Assembly (NCBI GenBank): GCA_951406725.2
Contig: OX597822.1
Coordinates: forward strand, 77,686,001 to 77,750,000
Length of the DNA: 64,000 nt
From: Octopus vulgaris
Lineage: Eukaryota
Direction of reading: 5' to 3'
Under the pieces are notes generated by a model. That model was given only the letters and a program-made list of their open reading frames with translations. It did no database searches and was not told where the DNA came from. Positions 1 through 12,464 of the stretch are shown in pieces. The position numbers and the translations under genes are program-made. Position 1 is the first letter of the stretch. The number at the start of each line of letters is the position of its first letter.

Positions 1-67
1 GAGTATCCGGTGTAGATGGTGAGAACAGTGTTCACCGGTATTGGTGGTGGCGGTGGGAGGGCGGGCG

Positions 68-2093
68 CACCGCGCATTGGGAGAAGATGAGGTTTTAGGC
101 GGCAGAAAGAAGACAGGATTGAGATGAAATGCTTTGCGGTGTGTGAATAAGTTTTTGTGAGTGAAAGTTTTCATGCTTCTATGCTTCAGCTAGCATTTGA
201 GACGAATGACAACGATAACGCTATTAGATGGGGATACAATAATAATAAGGCTTGCAAAAACAATGAAAAGAGGAAACAGGTCGGGAACTTAGCTGATGTT
301 TTTCATCCTGCGGTATTGGCTAAGCCTGTGGAAGCGAGTGAAGGTGAGATATATACCGAGAGAGAGAGAGAGAGAGACAGTGAAAACAGAGGGAGAACCG
401 ACACCACATAGCGAGAGAGAGAGAGACATAGTGACACCGCGCATTGGGAGAAGATGAGGTTTTAGGCGGCAGAAAGAAGACAGGATTGAGATGAAATGCT
501 TTGCGGTGTGTGAATAAGTTTTTGTGAGTGAAAGTTTTCATGCTTCTATGCTTCAGCTAGCATTTGAGACGAAAGACAACGATAACGCTATTAGATGGGG
601 ATACAATAATAATAAGGCTTGCAAAAACAATGAAAAGAGGAAACAGGTCGGGAACTTAGCTGATGTTTTTCATCCTGCGGTATTGGCTAAGCCTGTGGAA
701 GCGAGTGAAGGTGAGATATATACCGAGAGAGAGAGAGAGAGAGACAGTGAAAACAGAGGGAGAACCAACACCACATAGCGAGAGAGAGAGAGAGAGAGAC
801 ATAGTGACACCGCGCATTGGGAGAAGATGAGGTTTTAGGCGGCAGAAAGAAGACAGGATTGAGATGAAATGCTTTGCGGTGTGTGAATAAGTTTTTGTGA
901 GTGAAAGTTTTCATGCTTCTATGCTTCAGCTAGCATTTGAGACGAAAGACAACGATAACGCTATTAGATGGGGATACAATAATAATAAGGCTTGCAAAAA
1001 CAATGAAAAGAGGAAACAGGTCGGGAACTTAGCTGATGTTTTTCATCCTGCGGTATTGGCTAAGCCTGTGGAAGCGAGTGAAGGTGAGATATATACCGAG
1101 AGAGAGAGAGAGAGAGAGACAGTGAAAACAGAGGGAGAACCGACACCACATAGCGAGAGAGAGAGAGAGAGAGACATAGTGACACCGCGCATTGGGAGAA
1201 GATGAGGTTTTAGGCGGCAGAAAGAAGACAGGATTGAGATGAAATGCTTTGCGGTGTGTGAATAAGTTTTTGTGAGTGAAAGTTTTCATGCTTCTATGCT
1301 TCAGCTAGCATTTGAGACGAAAGACAACGATAACGCTATTAGATGGGGATACAATAATAATAAGGCTTGCAAAAACAATGAAAAGAGGAAACAGGTCGGG
1401 AACTTAGCTGATGTTTTTCATCCTGCGGTATTGGCTAAGCCTGTGGAAGCGAGTGAAGGTGAGATATATACCGAGAGAGAGAGAGAGAGAGACAGTGAAA
1501 ACAGAGGGAGAACCGACACCACATAGCGAGAGAGAGAGAGAGAGAGACATAGTGACACCGCGCATTGGGAGAAGATGAGGTTTTAGGCGGCAGAAAGAAG
1601 ACAGGATTGAGATGAAATGCTTTGCGGTGTGTGAATAAGTTTTTGTGAGTGAAAGTTTTCATGCTTCTATGCTTCAGCTAGCATTTGAGACGAAAGACAA
1701 CGATAACGCTATTAGATGGGGATACAATAATAATAAGGCTTGCAAAAACAATGAAAAGAGGAAACAGGTCGGGAACTTAGCTGATGTTTTTCATCCTGCG
1801 GTATTGGCTAAGCCTGTGGAAGCGAGTGAAGGTGAGATATATACCGAGAGAGAGAGAGAGAGAGACAGTGAAAACAGAGGGAGAACCGACACCACATAGC
1901 GAGAGAGAGAGAGAGAGAGACATAGTGACACCGCGCATTGGGAGAAGATGAGGTTTTAGGCGGCAGAAAGAAGACAGGATTGAGATGAAATGCTTTGCGG
2001 TGTGTGAATAAGTTTTTGTGAGTGAAAGTTTTCATGCTTCTATGCTTCAGCTAGCATTTGAGACGAAAGACAACGATAACGCTATTAGATGGG
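68..2093. repeat. Tandem array, ~5.4 copies of a 367-375 bp unit containing two (GA)n tracts
   Basis: Units start with caccgcgcattggg at 68, 435, 808, 1183, 1556 and 1929. Copies differ almost only in (GA)n length plus two substitutions. The last copy is truncated at 2093. Confidence 0.97.
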
Positions 2094-2119
2094 CATAGAT
2101 TATTATTATTATTATTATT

Positions 2120-2157
<38 letters not shown>

Positions 2158-2588
2158 TAAGGCAGTGAGGTGGCAGAATCATTAGGATGGCAGATAAAAT
2201 GCTTAGCTGTATTTCATCCATTTTTACATTCTGAGTTCAAATTCCGATGATGTTGACTTTGCCATTCATCCTTTTGGGGTCGATAAATTAAGAACCAATG
2301 AAACACTGGGGTCGATGTAATCAGCTGGCTCTCTCCCTCTAATTTTCAGACCTTGTGCCTTTAGTAGGAAGGATTTAAGGCGGCAAGCTGGCAGAATCAT
2401 TAGCATGCTGGACGAAATACTTAGCAGTATTTCGTCCATTGTTATGTTCTGAGTTCAAATTCCATCGAGGTTGACTTTGCCTTTCATCCTTTCAAGGCCC
2501 ATCAAATAGGTACCAGTTGAGAACTGCAGTCAGTGTAATCACCTTAACCCCTTCCCCGAAATTGCTGGCCTTGTGCCAAAATTTCAAT

Positions 2589-2631
<43 letters not shown>

Positions 2632-2850
2632 AGTGTCAAGCTGGTAGAATTGTTTGCATGCTGAGCAAAATGCTTAGTGGTATTTCAGCCATCTTTATAT
2701 TCTGAGTTCAAATTCTGCTGAGGTCAACTTTGCCTTTCATCCTTTCGAGGTCGAAAAAGTAAGCACCGGCTGAACACTGTGGTCAGTGTAATTGACTAGA
2801 CCTCTCTCCCCAAATTTCAGGCCTTGTGCTTCCAGTAGAAAATTCGAAGA
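2158..2850 (+). mobile_element. Three head-to-tail copies of tRNA-derived SINE family B (~215 bp)
   Basis: Each has an A-box-like tggcagaatcattag, a B-box gagttcaaattcc, a central gactttgcctttcatcctttcggggtcgataaattaagtaccag (resembles the Meta/Deu-type SINE domain, from memory) and a tail ggccttgtgcc...agtagaaa. Dozens of copies occur in the window. Confidence 0.9.
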
Positions 2851-3085
2851 TTGTGCTTCACCACCTCATCCTAGGTCTTCCTGGGTCTACCTCTTCCACA
2901 GGTTCCCTCTACTGTTAGCATGTGATACTTTTTCATACAGCTCTCCTCATCCATATGCAGCACATGACCATACCAGCGCAGTTGTCTCTCTTGCACACCA
3001 CATCTGATGCTTCTTTTGTCCAACTTTTCTCTCAGGGCGCTTACACTGTCGTGCATGCACACTGACATTACACATCCAGCAGAGC
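2851..3085 (-). pseudogene. RTE-clade LINE C-terminal ORF fragment
   Basis: Translation ...IRCGVQERQLRWYGHVLHMDEESCMKK...VEGTCGRGRPRKT matches the RTE RLRWxGHVxRM...GRGRPRKTW motif. Confidence 0.88.
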
Positions 3086-3109
3086 ATACATACATACATA
3101 CATACATAC

Positions 3110-3175
<66 letters not shown>

Positions 3176-4194
3176 CTTTGCATCTGTGTTTGCTCCCCAC
3201 CATCACTTGAGAGTTCGGTAATAGAGACCCTTAGAATAAGTACTAGAATAGGTCCTGGGGTCGATTTCTTTGACGAAAGGTGATATTCCAGTATGGACGC
3301 TATCAAATGACTGAAACGTGTAAAAGAGTATTGTTTCAATTACATGCTTTCACTATGCTGCAAATAACAACTTGGTGCACTTGGTGCATGTATAGTGCTT
3401 TGTATTGTTTTTTTTTTATCTCTTTTGTATTTAAAATACTTTATATGTCATTCTGTTTTGTAATGTTAGATATATGTGTCACTTCTGATTTTTGGGTTTT
3501 ATCTTTCACTAAATGGCTTTGTATTTATTTTTATTTATACCATTCCCAAGTCACCTTTGATTATTGTTTATTATTTTTCTATTCTGTCCTCATATTTCTG
3601 GAATTTTTTTTTTTTTATATTTCCAGACAGTTAATTTCTTCATTTCTTTTAGAAATGTATTTTGTCATCTGTTGAAATTGATATGCCAATTAGGAAGCAT
3701 TTAATTTCCTAGTGGTCTTTAACAACATCTGGTCAATTTGTCTTCATTTACCTGTCTGTATCAGTTGGAATATCTGATAAAATGGCTATCAGGTTATTTC
3801 TCAAAATGGGTGTATTCTTTATACTGCCTCCTTTCTATCAGTATTTTGGTGTGCTTGCAGAATCATTAGAACAATGGAAGGAGTGTTTATTTCCAACTCT
3901 GTATGCACTGAGTTTAACTTCAACCAGGGTTAACTTTGCCTTTGATCTTTTGAAGACAATGGCATCAACTAATACTTTTCCCTCACAATTGCTGGCCTTG
4001 TGCCTAAATCAGAAACTATTGCTGTCAGCCAAAGGGACTGACCTATTTCTTTTCTTGGCTCAGGGCATATTTTACATATTCTTCCCTAAAATAGTTGAAT
4101 ATGATTTAGAGTGGTGGTCCCTAACCTGTCGGTTAAGATTGTTTGGTACCAGGTTGCACAGAAAGCATAAATCTTTAAAATTTATTTCTATTTT

Positions 4195-4418
4195 ATTGGC
4201 ACCATATAATAGCACCTGCACTGGTGTCACAGAAAAGGTCCCTAGAACACTCTGTAAAGTGGTTGGTGCTAGGAAGGACATCCAGCCATAGAGAGCACAC
4301 CAAAACAAACAATTGGAGCCTGGTGCAGCTCTTTGGCTTGCCAGCTCCTTGTCAAACAATCCAACCTATGTCAGCATAGAAAGCAGACATTAAATGATGA
4401 TGATGATGGTGATGATGT
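4195..4418 (+). mobile_element. Repeat family C: RTE 3'-tail-related SINE/LINE end with (GAT)n tail
   Basis: Motif gtggttggtgttaggaagggcatccagc...aacccatgccagcatggaaa...ttaaatgatgatg. It recurs at ~23920, 24330, 26050, 29200, 31325, 32050, 32285, 41545, 46760, 48520 and 63735, and directly follows RTE coding remnants at 29200 and 46760-47280. Confidence 0.8.
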
Positions 4419-4438
4419 AATATTTATGTATTATAAGG

Positions 4439-4653
4439 AAGGTGGCGAGCTGGCAGAAACGTTGCCACGCTGGGTGAAATGCTTAGCAGTATTTCGTCTG
4501 TCTTTATGTTCTGAGTTCAAATTCCACCAAGGTTGACTTTGCTTTTATCCCTTTGGGGTCAATAAATTAAGTACCAGTTGCATACTGGGGTTGATCTAAT
4601 CGACTGGCCCCACTCCCCAAAAATTTCTGGCCTTGTGCCTAGAGTAGAAAAGG
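4439..4653 (+). mobile_element. SINE family B copy with 19-bp target-site duplication
   Basis: atatttatgtattataagg occurs at 4420-4438 and 4654-4672, flanking a full SINE-B. Confidence 0.9.
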
Positions 4654-5253
4654 ATATTTATGTATTATAAGGCAGTGAGTTGGTAAATTTGTTACCATGC
4701 CAGGCGAAATGCTTAGCAAGATTAGGGATGCTCAGCTGGAGAGGGTTTCAAGGGACAAGCCTTTTACTTATTTTCATGTATCCTTTCAAGCACAGTAAAT
4801 CACCAGGAGCCTCAGTCCCCTGTCAACCTGTCTGTGAATCCCAACATTTGTAGATCCGTTCTCAAGCTAATGTAACATGTTTTTTTCCGAGTATGCACTC
4901 CTGAAATTGAGGGTGCATCTAATCTGTCCCCATGTTGTTTATGCCATTAAATAAGCCAACTTGTATGCCCTGTGTTTGCTTCTGTTAACCCTGATTGAGC
5001 AGATCTATGGTTGTTCTAACCATGACCATCCTGTTTACTTTCTTTATGCAAACAACTCACATAGCCAGCATTATCTAACATATCCTCTTTTTTCAGATAG
5101 TAGGAAGTGATTTGATTTTAGGAAGATTTGGCTGCTATTACCAACAGGTCAACCAGAATGGCTCATATTCGGTTGTTGCCATATTAGAGGAAGGTACTGG
5201 TGACGGCGCCAGTGTTAACAATGATTGCTGTAATACTGCAACTAAATTTGCAG

Positions 5254-5480
5254 TTGCTGCTGCTGCTGCTCTTCTTCTTCTTCTTCTTCTTCTTCTTCTT
5301 CTTCTTCTTCTTCTTCTTCTTCTTCTTCTTCTTCCACAATTACAACTAGTACCACTACTATTTCCAGCAGCAGTACCACCACCACCACCGCTGCCACCAC
5401 CGCCGGCACTACTACTACTACTACAGCTGCTGCTTCTACTATTTCTGCTGCTGTTGCTGCTGTTGCTGCTGCTGCTGCTG

Positions 5481-5525
<45 letters not shown>

Positions 5526-7190
5526 GTGCTACTATAACTACTACTGCAACTACTACTATTTCAAACACTAGTGTTGTTGTTTGCTCTGCTGCAGAGGCTG
5601 TTTTCAGTTTTGTGGTGTTGTGGTTGTTACCATAGTATTCAGACTGCCATTGCAGTTGCAGCTGCAACTGATTTCTGTTGCTGCTGCTTCTACAACAGGA
5701 CTCGCTGCTGCTGCTGCTTCTGTGTCATTGCTGATGCATGCAGTTAAGAAGTCTGAAGAAAGAGACATCACTAGCATTGTCGTCATCTGGGTGCACAAGC
5801 GTTCGTGTAGTAGTGGTAGTGGTGGTGGTGGTGGTGGTAGAAGTAGTGACGTTTGTGACAGTGGTGGTGGCTTTTGTAGTGGTAGTAGTAGTAGTAGTAG
5901 AAGTAGTAGTAGTAGTAACAACAGTGGTGGTGGAAGTAGTAGTAACAACTGCAATGGTGGTGGTGGTGGTGATGGAAGTAGTGATGTTAATAGCAGTGGT
6001 GGTGGCTTTGGTGGTGGTGGTGGTAGTAGTAGTAGTAGTAGCAGCAGTAACAACAGCAGTGGTCGTGGTAGAAGTAGTGATGCTTGTGGTAGTGGTGGTG
6101 GTATAAGCAGTGATGTTTGTGGCAGTGGTGGTGGCTTTGGTGATGGTGGTGGTGGTGGTGGTAGTAGTTGCAGTAGTAGTAACAACAGGAGTAGTGGTGG
6201 TGGTGGTGGTGGTATTATGATTATCGTCATTATTATTATTAGTACTAGTGGTGGGGTGGTGGTGGTGGCGGTAGTTGTCTGGTATCACTGTGTCAACTCT
6301 TCTCCCGCGGCTAGTGACCAGTGTAGATCAACAACAAAATATATGATGCTACCACTCAGAAACAGTTGTCATGACGACCATCACCTCTCCCATGACCAGT
6401 CACTGCAACTCCGCCATGCCACCGCCACCACCTTCGACCCCCTCACTCCCCGTCATCCACACCGACCACCTTTCTTTACCTGTCACAACGACCATTCTCA
6501 CCTGCCGTCATCATTTGACTACCATCTTCACCTGCTGTCATCACTATGTCGCTTTTCTTCTTCTTCGCCCACTGTCATCAGCAGCCAATATTTTCACATC
6601 TGCTGTCATCACAAAACACATCTTTGGCAATCTTGGGTCATAAGTCTGCTCAGTCAAGGATGACCTGGGGCTAAACAACTACTACTACTACTTCTACTAC
6701 TACTACTACTACTATGAGCATTGACAGCTGTTGTTTTGTTTTCACAACAATTTATCATTTATACATCCCACTACTATTGTCATAACGACGACGACCACCA
6801 CCACCTCCACTACTATCATCAGAACTTATTTCACCACCACCACCACTACCACCACCAATATTGTTACTCACAACCTCACCCCCACCATCACCACTGTGCT
6901 CACCACCACCACCACCGGCATCATAACCATCATCACAGCAGTGTCAGCATTGCTGGTACTCATTACAGCGCCCCCCACCCTCCACCCTGCCCCTTCCACC
7001 GGTATCATCACGAGTACTATCATCAACATCATCATCATCACGGCAGCTAATATACCATCACCACCACTGCACCACCATGTCACCGTCATTGACAGCCACC
7101 AGCCTCACATCCATCTCAATCTTTAACTGTTATAACCACCACTATCACCACCGCCGCCACCACCACCACCCCTGCAACCACCTGTTCCAC
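5254..7190. repeat. Compound trinucleotide microsatellite / low-complexity block (CTT, CTA, CTG, GTG/GTA, CAC/CAT)
   Basis: Direct inspection. It produces overlapping homopolymeric ORFs in most frames. Confidence 0.95.
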
Positions 7191-7534
7191 CTTCAAATTC
7201 TTTCTTATATCTAACAGCTCTTGCCGTTCCATTGTCCTACACCAACCATATCGGTGTCGTTGCTAGAATTGCAGCAAACATTCTCTCTCTCTCTCTCTCT
7301 CTCATCTGCTGATAATGTATGTATACCTGTCTTCTCTTTTGGCAACCTTTTGAGATACTCAGTTCTCTTTAGCAGTGCCATTTCACTTGCGGTGCTACAA
7401 ATGGTCACTTGGTTGTATGTAGGCATGGTGGGTGGGCGGTTTCCTCGTTACTTCTCATCACTTTTGAAGCAGAACCGTTTAACCATTTTTACTGACTGCT
7501 CTGGATTGCTGGTGCTGCTACTATTGTTTTTGTT

Positions 7535-7845
7535 CTTTTATTCTTTTACTTGCATCAGTCATTTGACTGCAGCCATGCTGGAGCACCACCTTTAGTCTAA
7601 CAAATCGACCCCAAGACTTATTCTTTGTAAGCCTAGTACTTATTCCATTGATCTCTTTTGCTGAACTGCTAATGTTACAGGGATGTAATTACACTAATAT
7701 TGGTTGTCAAGCGATGGTGGAAGTGGGGGGAACAAACACAGATACATATATATTGGCACCTTGGGCAAGTGTCTTCTGCTATAGCCTCAGGCTGACCAAA
7801 GCCTTGTGAGTGAATTTGGTAGACAGAAACTGAAAGAAGCCTGTC

Positions 7846-7889
<44 letters not shown>

Positions 7890-8228
7890 TTGTGTGCCTG
7901 TGTTTTTCCCTCCACCATCACTTGACAACCAATGTTGGTGTGTTTACATCCCTGTAACTTAGCGGTTCGACAAAAGAGGCTGAAAGTCCAGGGGGGAATT
8001 AGTTTGACTAAAGGCAGCGCTCCAGCATGGCCACAGTCAAATGACTGAAACACGTGAAGGAATAAAAGAATATATATATATATTTCAGTTTCCATCTCCC
8101 AAATCCACTCACAAGGCTTTGGTCGGCCCGAGGCTATACTAGAAGACACTTGCCACCAAAGATGCCATGCAGTGGGACTGAACCCAAAACCACGTGGTTG
8201 GGAAGCAAGCTTCTTACCACACAGCCAG
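7535..8228. mobile_element. Cluster of SINE family A fragments in both orientations
   Basis: Contains caccttgggcaagtgtcttc (CORE-like), gtgagtggatttggtagacggaaactgaaagaagcc, an internal (TA)/(TG) tract and the tail gctccagcatggccacagtcaaatgactgaaac. Confidence 0.88.
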
Positions 8229-8825
8229 TAGTTAATGATATTGTTGTAGTTGTTGTTGTTGTATAGCCTTGTTACTCTTTGCTTGGCCCCAGTCAAGCAT
8301 CTCAATGTCTTCAGGTAGTAGTTGAATCGGCAGAATGCGAGCAGTCCCAAAGGTCCACCTAAACAGACATCATTTATCCCATCTCTAGAATATTCAATGC
8401 AATGCAATATTACAATGATCATAATCGTTTTTTAGCCCCAGGTCAGCCCTTATCCAGTATATTTATGATCGAAAGCATTCTAGTCATAACTGTTCTGACT
8501 TTTTGTATATCCATGACTGCATTGTCCAGCAACACCATTAAATATCTTTTACTGTTGACTTGTTTCAGTCATTAGACTATGGCCATGCTGGGGTACTGCT
8601 TGAATTTTTAGTGGAACGAATTGACCCCAGTACTTTTTGTTTAAACATGGTACTTATTTTATCAGTCCTTTTGCTGAACCACTAAGTTACAGGGACATAA
8701 ACACACCAATACTGGTGAGTGGTGATGGGGGACAATCACAGACACAAAGGCACACACACACATGTAAATAATGTGTTTTTTTTTATACTTCTTTTATTTT
8801 TCAAAATTAAGATAAAATTCTTTTT

Positions 8826-9480
8826 TAATCTAAAATATACTCTCCTTCATTTTCCCCAATGCTCTTCCATCTCACTGGTATACTTACAAGGCTCCTCTTC
8901 CAAAATTCACTTGTCAATGATAAAATTGCTCTTTCAGTACTGTTCTGACCTCATCTACAGAATTCATATTTTCCATTCAAATGATTTTGAATACTGCAGA
9001 ATGAATGATAATCTGATGGGGCAATGTCCAGCGAATATGATGGGTGGGGCATTGTTTCCCATTCAAACTGCTCCAGCCTTTGGAATGTCATCCTCGTTGT
9101 ATGTGACCAAATATTATCCTGATGGAAGGGCACCTTTTGTCTTGAAACCAAAGATGGTCGTTTTTCTTCTAGCGCTCACTTAAGCCGCTTGCAGTAGATC
9201 TCATTTGGTTTGCGTTTAAAAGTTCAAAGTGGACTAAACCTTTCATATCCCACCAAACAGATAGCAACGCTTTACATGGGTAAAGACCTTTTTTAGCCTG
9301 GGGTACCGGTGTTTCTCCTTTCACTACCCACTGTCTTTGGCGCTTGACACTTTTATAGAGAAACCAATTCTTGTCACTATTCAGTCCAAAAAAAAGTTTG
9401 TTCATGAAACGTGACAACAAAGTAGAGCACACATTCACTCTCTGTGCACAATTAGGCTTGGAAAGTTTATGAGGAACTCA
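8826..9480 (-). pseudogene. Decayed mariner (DD34D) transposase, catalytic half
   Basis: Minus-strand motifs (W)VPHKLS, LSVWWDMKGLVHFELL, HPSYSLDIAPSDYHSF and C-terminal RWKSIGENEGEYILD*, with frameshifts and stops. Confidence 0.92.
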
Positions 9481-9544
9481 TCGACCAAATTGGATTTAGA
9501 TCGGGACTTTGAGCTGGTCAGTCTATGGGAATAATACCCTGTCT

Positions 9545-10725
9545 CAAACTATTGATGAGTATTCTTTGCTGTATGACATGGAGTGTTGTCCTCTTGAAAA
9601 ATAACAGTTTTTCAAAACTCCTGGATGCAATTTAGCAATTGATGGCTCTAAATCATCTGACAACATAGAAACATAGGTAGCTAAATTCATCCTTCCCTGA
9701 CATAAGAACATTTCTCTGGGTTCTGTGGCAGACATGAAGGCCCACACCATGATAGAACCTCCCCCTTGTTTTAAGGTTGGTACCAGAAGGTCAGCCTTAA
9801 ATGCTTTCCTAACTCTGTGAAGCACGAAAGTTGCACCAGATGTACCAAAAACCAGAGTAAAAACATAAAAAATAATATCAGCTTTATGTTGGATACATTT
9901 TTTTATATATTTTGGGCAAGAAACCAGTTACATTAAGTTTATATGTTGATTGAATACATGTACTATCTTACCTCATAGTTACTTTCATCAGACCATATGA
10001 CTTTTGACCATTGCTCACTGGTCCAATTTAAGTGGCTTTTGGCTCACTGAAGACGTTTTTCCATATTCGCTTCAGAAACTCATGGCTTCTTCCTGGCTTT
10101 ACAGCCTTTCAAACCATACTCTACAAGCCTCCTAACAGTTCTGGTTGATATTTATGAAGTATTTGTCTCGTTGAAGTTCGCACAGAGCTCCAATGATGTT
10201 TTTCTCCTGTTTCTGAGCAACTGATGAATGATGGATCTATCATCATAAAGTGATGTAACCTTTTTCATACCTGTTCTTTGTATTGTCTTCGCATCTTTTG
10301 TCTCTCCAAAGTGCTTGAGAGTTGTTTGCACCAAACATTGAGAACATTTCATCTTCTGAGCAATTTGTCTTTGAGATATTCCATCTTCACGATGAACTAC
10401 GATTTTACCTCACTCACACTCACTCAACTCCCCTGTTTTAGGCATTTTACTGTTTATTAACTGTATCTACAACATATTTTAACATAAAACTATGTAATAA
10501 TCAAGGAAACAATTTAATTTGGGACGTTGGTCTTACTCATAATTAGTTGCATATGTCCAGTACAGTATAAAAGTGGTAATTGATGCTAAAGGAGGATCAA
10601 CCAGATATTAAAACTAATGTATATTGTGAAATATACCATAATCTACCATGTGTTTGAGTTCCATTAACATTGAGACAGCATAACCCCAAAACATTGGGGT
10701 GGCCTAATACTTTTGGCCAAGGCTG
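9545..10725 (-). mobile_element. Decayed Tc1-like element, 3'-truncated, with an apparent intron and one TIR
   Basis: HTH region (10152-10352), WSKVIWSDESNYE, PTLKQGGGSIMVWA and FQEDNTPCHTAK are present. The terminal cagccttggccaaaagtattagg (minus) ends at 10725 next to TA. Confidence 0.88.
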
Positions 10726-10908
10726 TATATACATGGATATGAATTGTTTATAAATCAAATATATAAGTCAAAGCAAGTTGTTGGCTCTTTTGGTTTTTTT
10801 AATAATTTTTCATGTTATATTATATTATATTCATAGACTATTATGTTATATTATGAGATAAATAAATTATTGGATTGTCAATTGAATCTCTCTATTTAAT
10901 TTATTGTT

Positions 10909-10960
<52 letters not shown>

Positions 10961-12074
10961 CATACACATACATGCAACAGGCTTCTTTCATCTACCAAAT
11001 CCACTCACAAAGCTTTGGTTGGCCTAAAATATAGTAAAAGACACTTATCCAAGTTACCATGCAGTGAGACTGAACCCAGAACTACGTGGTTGGGAAGCAA
11101 GCTTCTTACCACACAGCCATGTCTTCATCTAGCTACAGTTTCTAGCTCATCAAAAGTCAATGCAGAGCTTAAGGATTGAACCCCTCACTGACATATAAAT
11201 ACAAAACTGCTTGCTAATAATGTATATGTTAGGATTTAAAGTTAGAACAGAAATTTAATATATTAATTGTTTTCATTCACCTGTAAAACAAAGAAATTTT
11301 GGTTTACCTTTAATTGCTAGTTGGATTATAATTACTGCCACAATCAAATTGATGATGTAATAGTCACACCTTTATTACAACCAATTAGCATTTAGTATTT
11401 CTCTCATCCACCCCTCAAAAAAAAAAAAGGGAAAAAAAACTTGGCTTTGTGCACAATTATTCTGTCTCATTAGACATTGCTATTAGCAATGAATCAACAG
11501 TAAGTTTAAGTTTTATCAAGGCTATTTGTCAGCTGTATCATTATCATAAATTAAGTGCAATTGTTTTCACAGGTGTGGCTGTGTGATTAAGATGCTTGCT
11601 TTCCAACCATGTGGACTCAGGTTCGGCTCCATTGCATGACACTTTGGGCATGTGTTTTCTACTATAGTCTCCTACTATAGCCTTGTGGTTGGATTTGGCA
11701 GATAGAAACTGAAAGAAGCTTTTTGTTTATATACTCTCGCACACCCACGCACATGCACATATAGGTAGACAAACAGGGAGATAGACAGACAGACAGACAA
11801 ACAGATAGATAGATAGACACAGACAGACAGATAGACAGACAGATAGATAGACATAGATACATGGACAGACAGACAGATGTATTGTGTGTACCTTAGTCCT
11901 CATATAGTATGATGGTTGTAAATGAGTGTCATCTTCATTCAAGCATCATCCTCCAGTTCCAATCTTCTGCAAAGACATGTCTTGCCATGGAGAAATATAA
12001 CTTTATTTGGAAACAGCTGAGGGTTGACAACCTTTCGGCCATCGAAAAAACAACAACAATGACCCATTTCTTTT

Positions 12075-12390
12075 TCCAGGGACCCCATTGATTCCTATTT
12101 TACTTGAGGGACCCTTAGGTTAAAAAAAAAATCTTATTATATCTTAATAATTAAATATTTTTTGGAATTGTATACTCTTTTACTTATTTCAGTCATGTGA
12201 CTGTGGCTCTGCTGGAGCACCGCCTTTAGTCGAGCAAATCGACCCCAGCACTTATTCTTTGAAAACCTAGTACTTGTTCTATCGGTCTCTTTTGCTGAAC
12301 CGCTAAGTTATGGGGATGTAAACACACCAGCATCAGTTGTCAAGCGACGTTGGGGCGACAAACACAGGCACACAAACATACACACACACA

Positions 12391-12464
<74 letters not shown>

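Noticed and set aside
157-1899. Five repeated 84-102 aa + strand ORFs (MSESFHASML...)
   Set aside because: They use GTG starts in eukaryotic DNA, read through (GA)n whose length changes shift the frame, and contain no recognisable domain. They are a by-product of the tandem array.
5112-7126. Long ORFs up to 360 aa (Gly/Ser-, Pro/Leu-, Thr- and His-rich)
   Set aside because: Trinucleotide repeats are open in several frames on both strands, and there is no splice or homology support.
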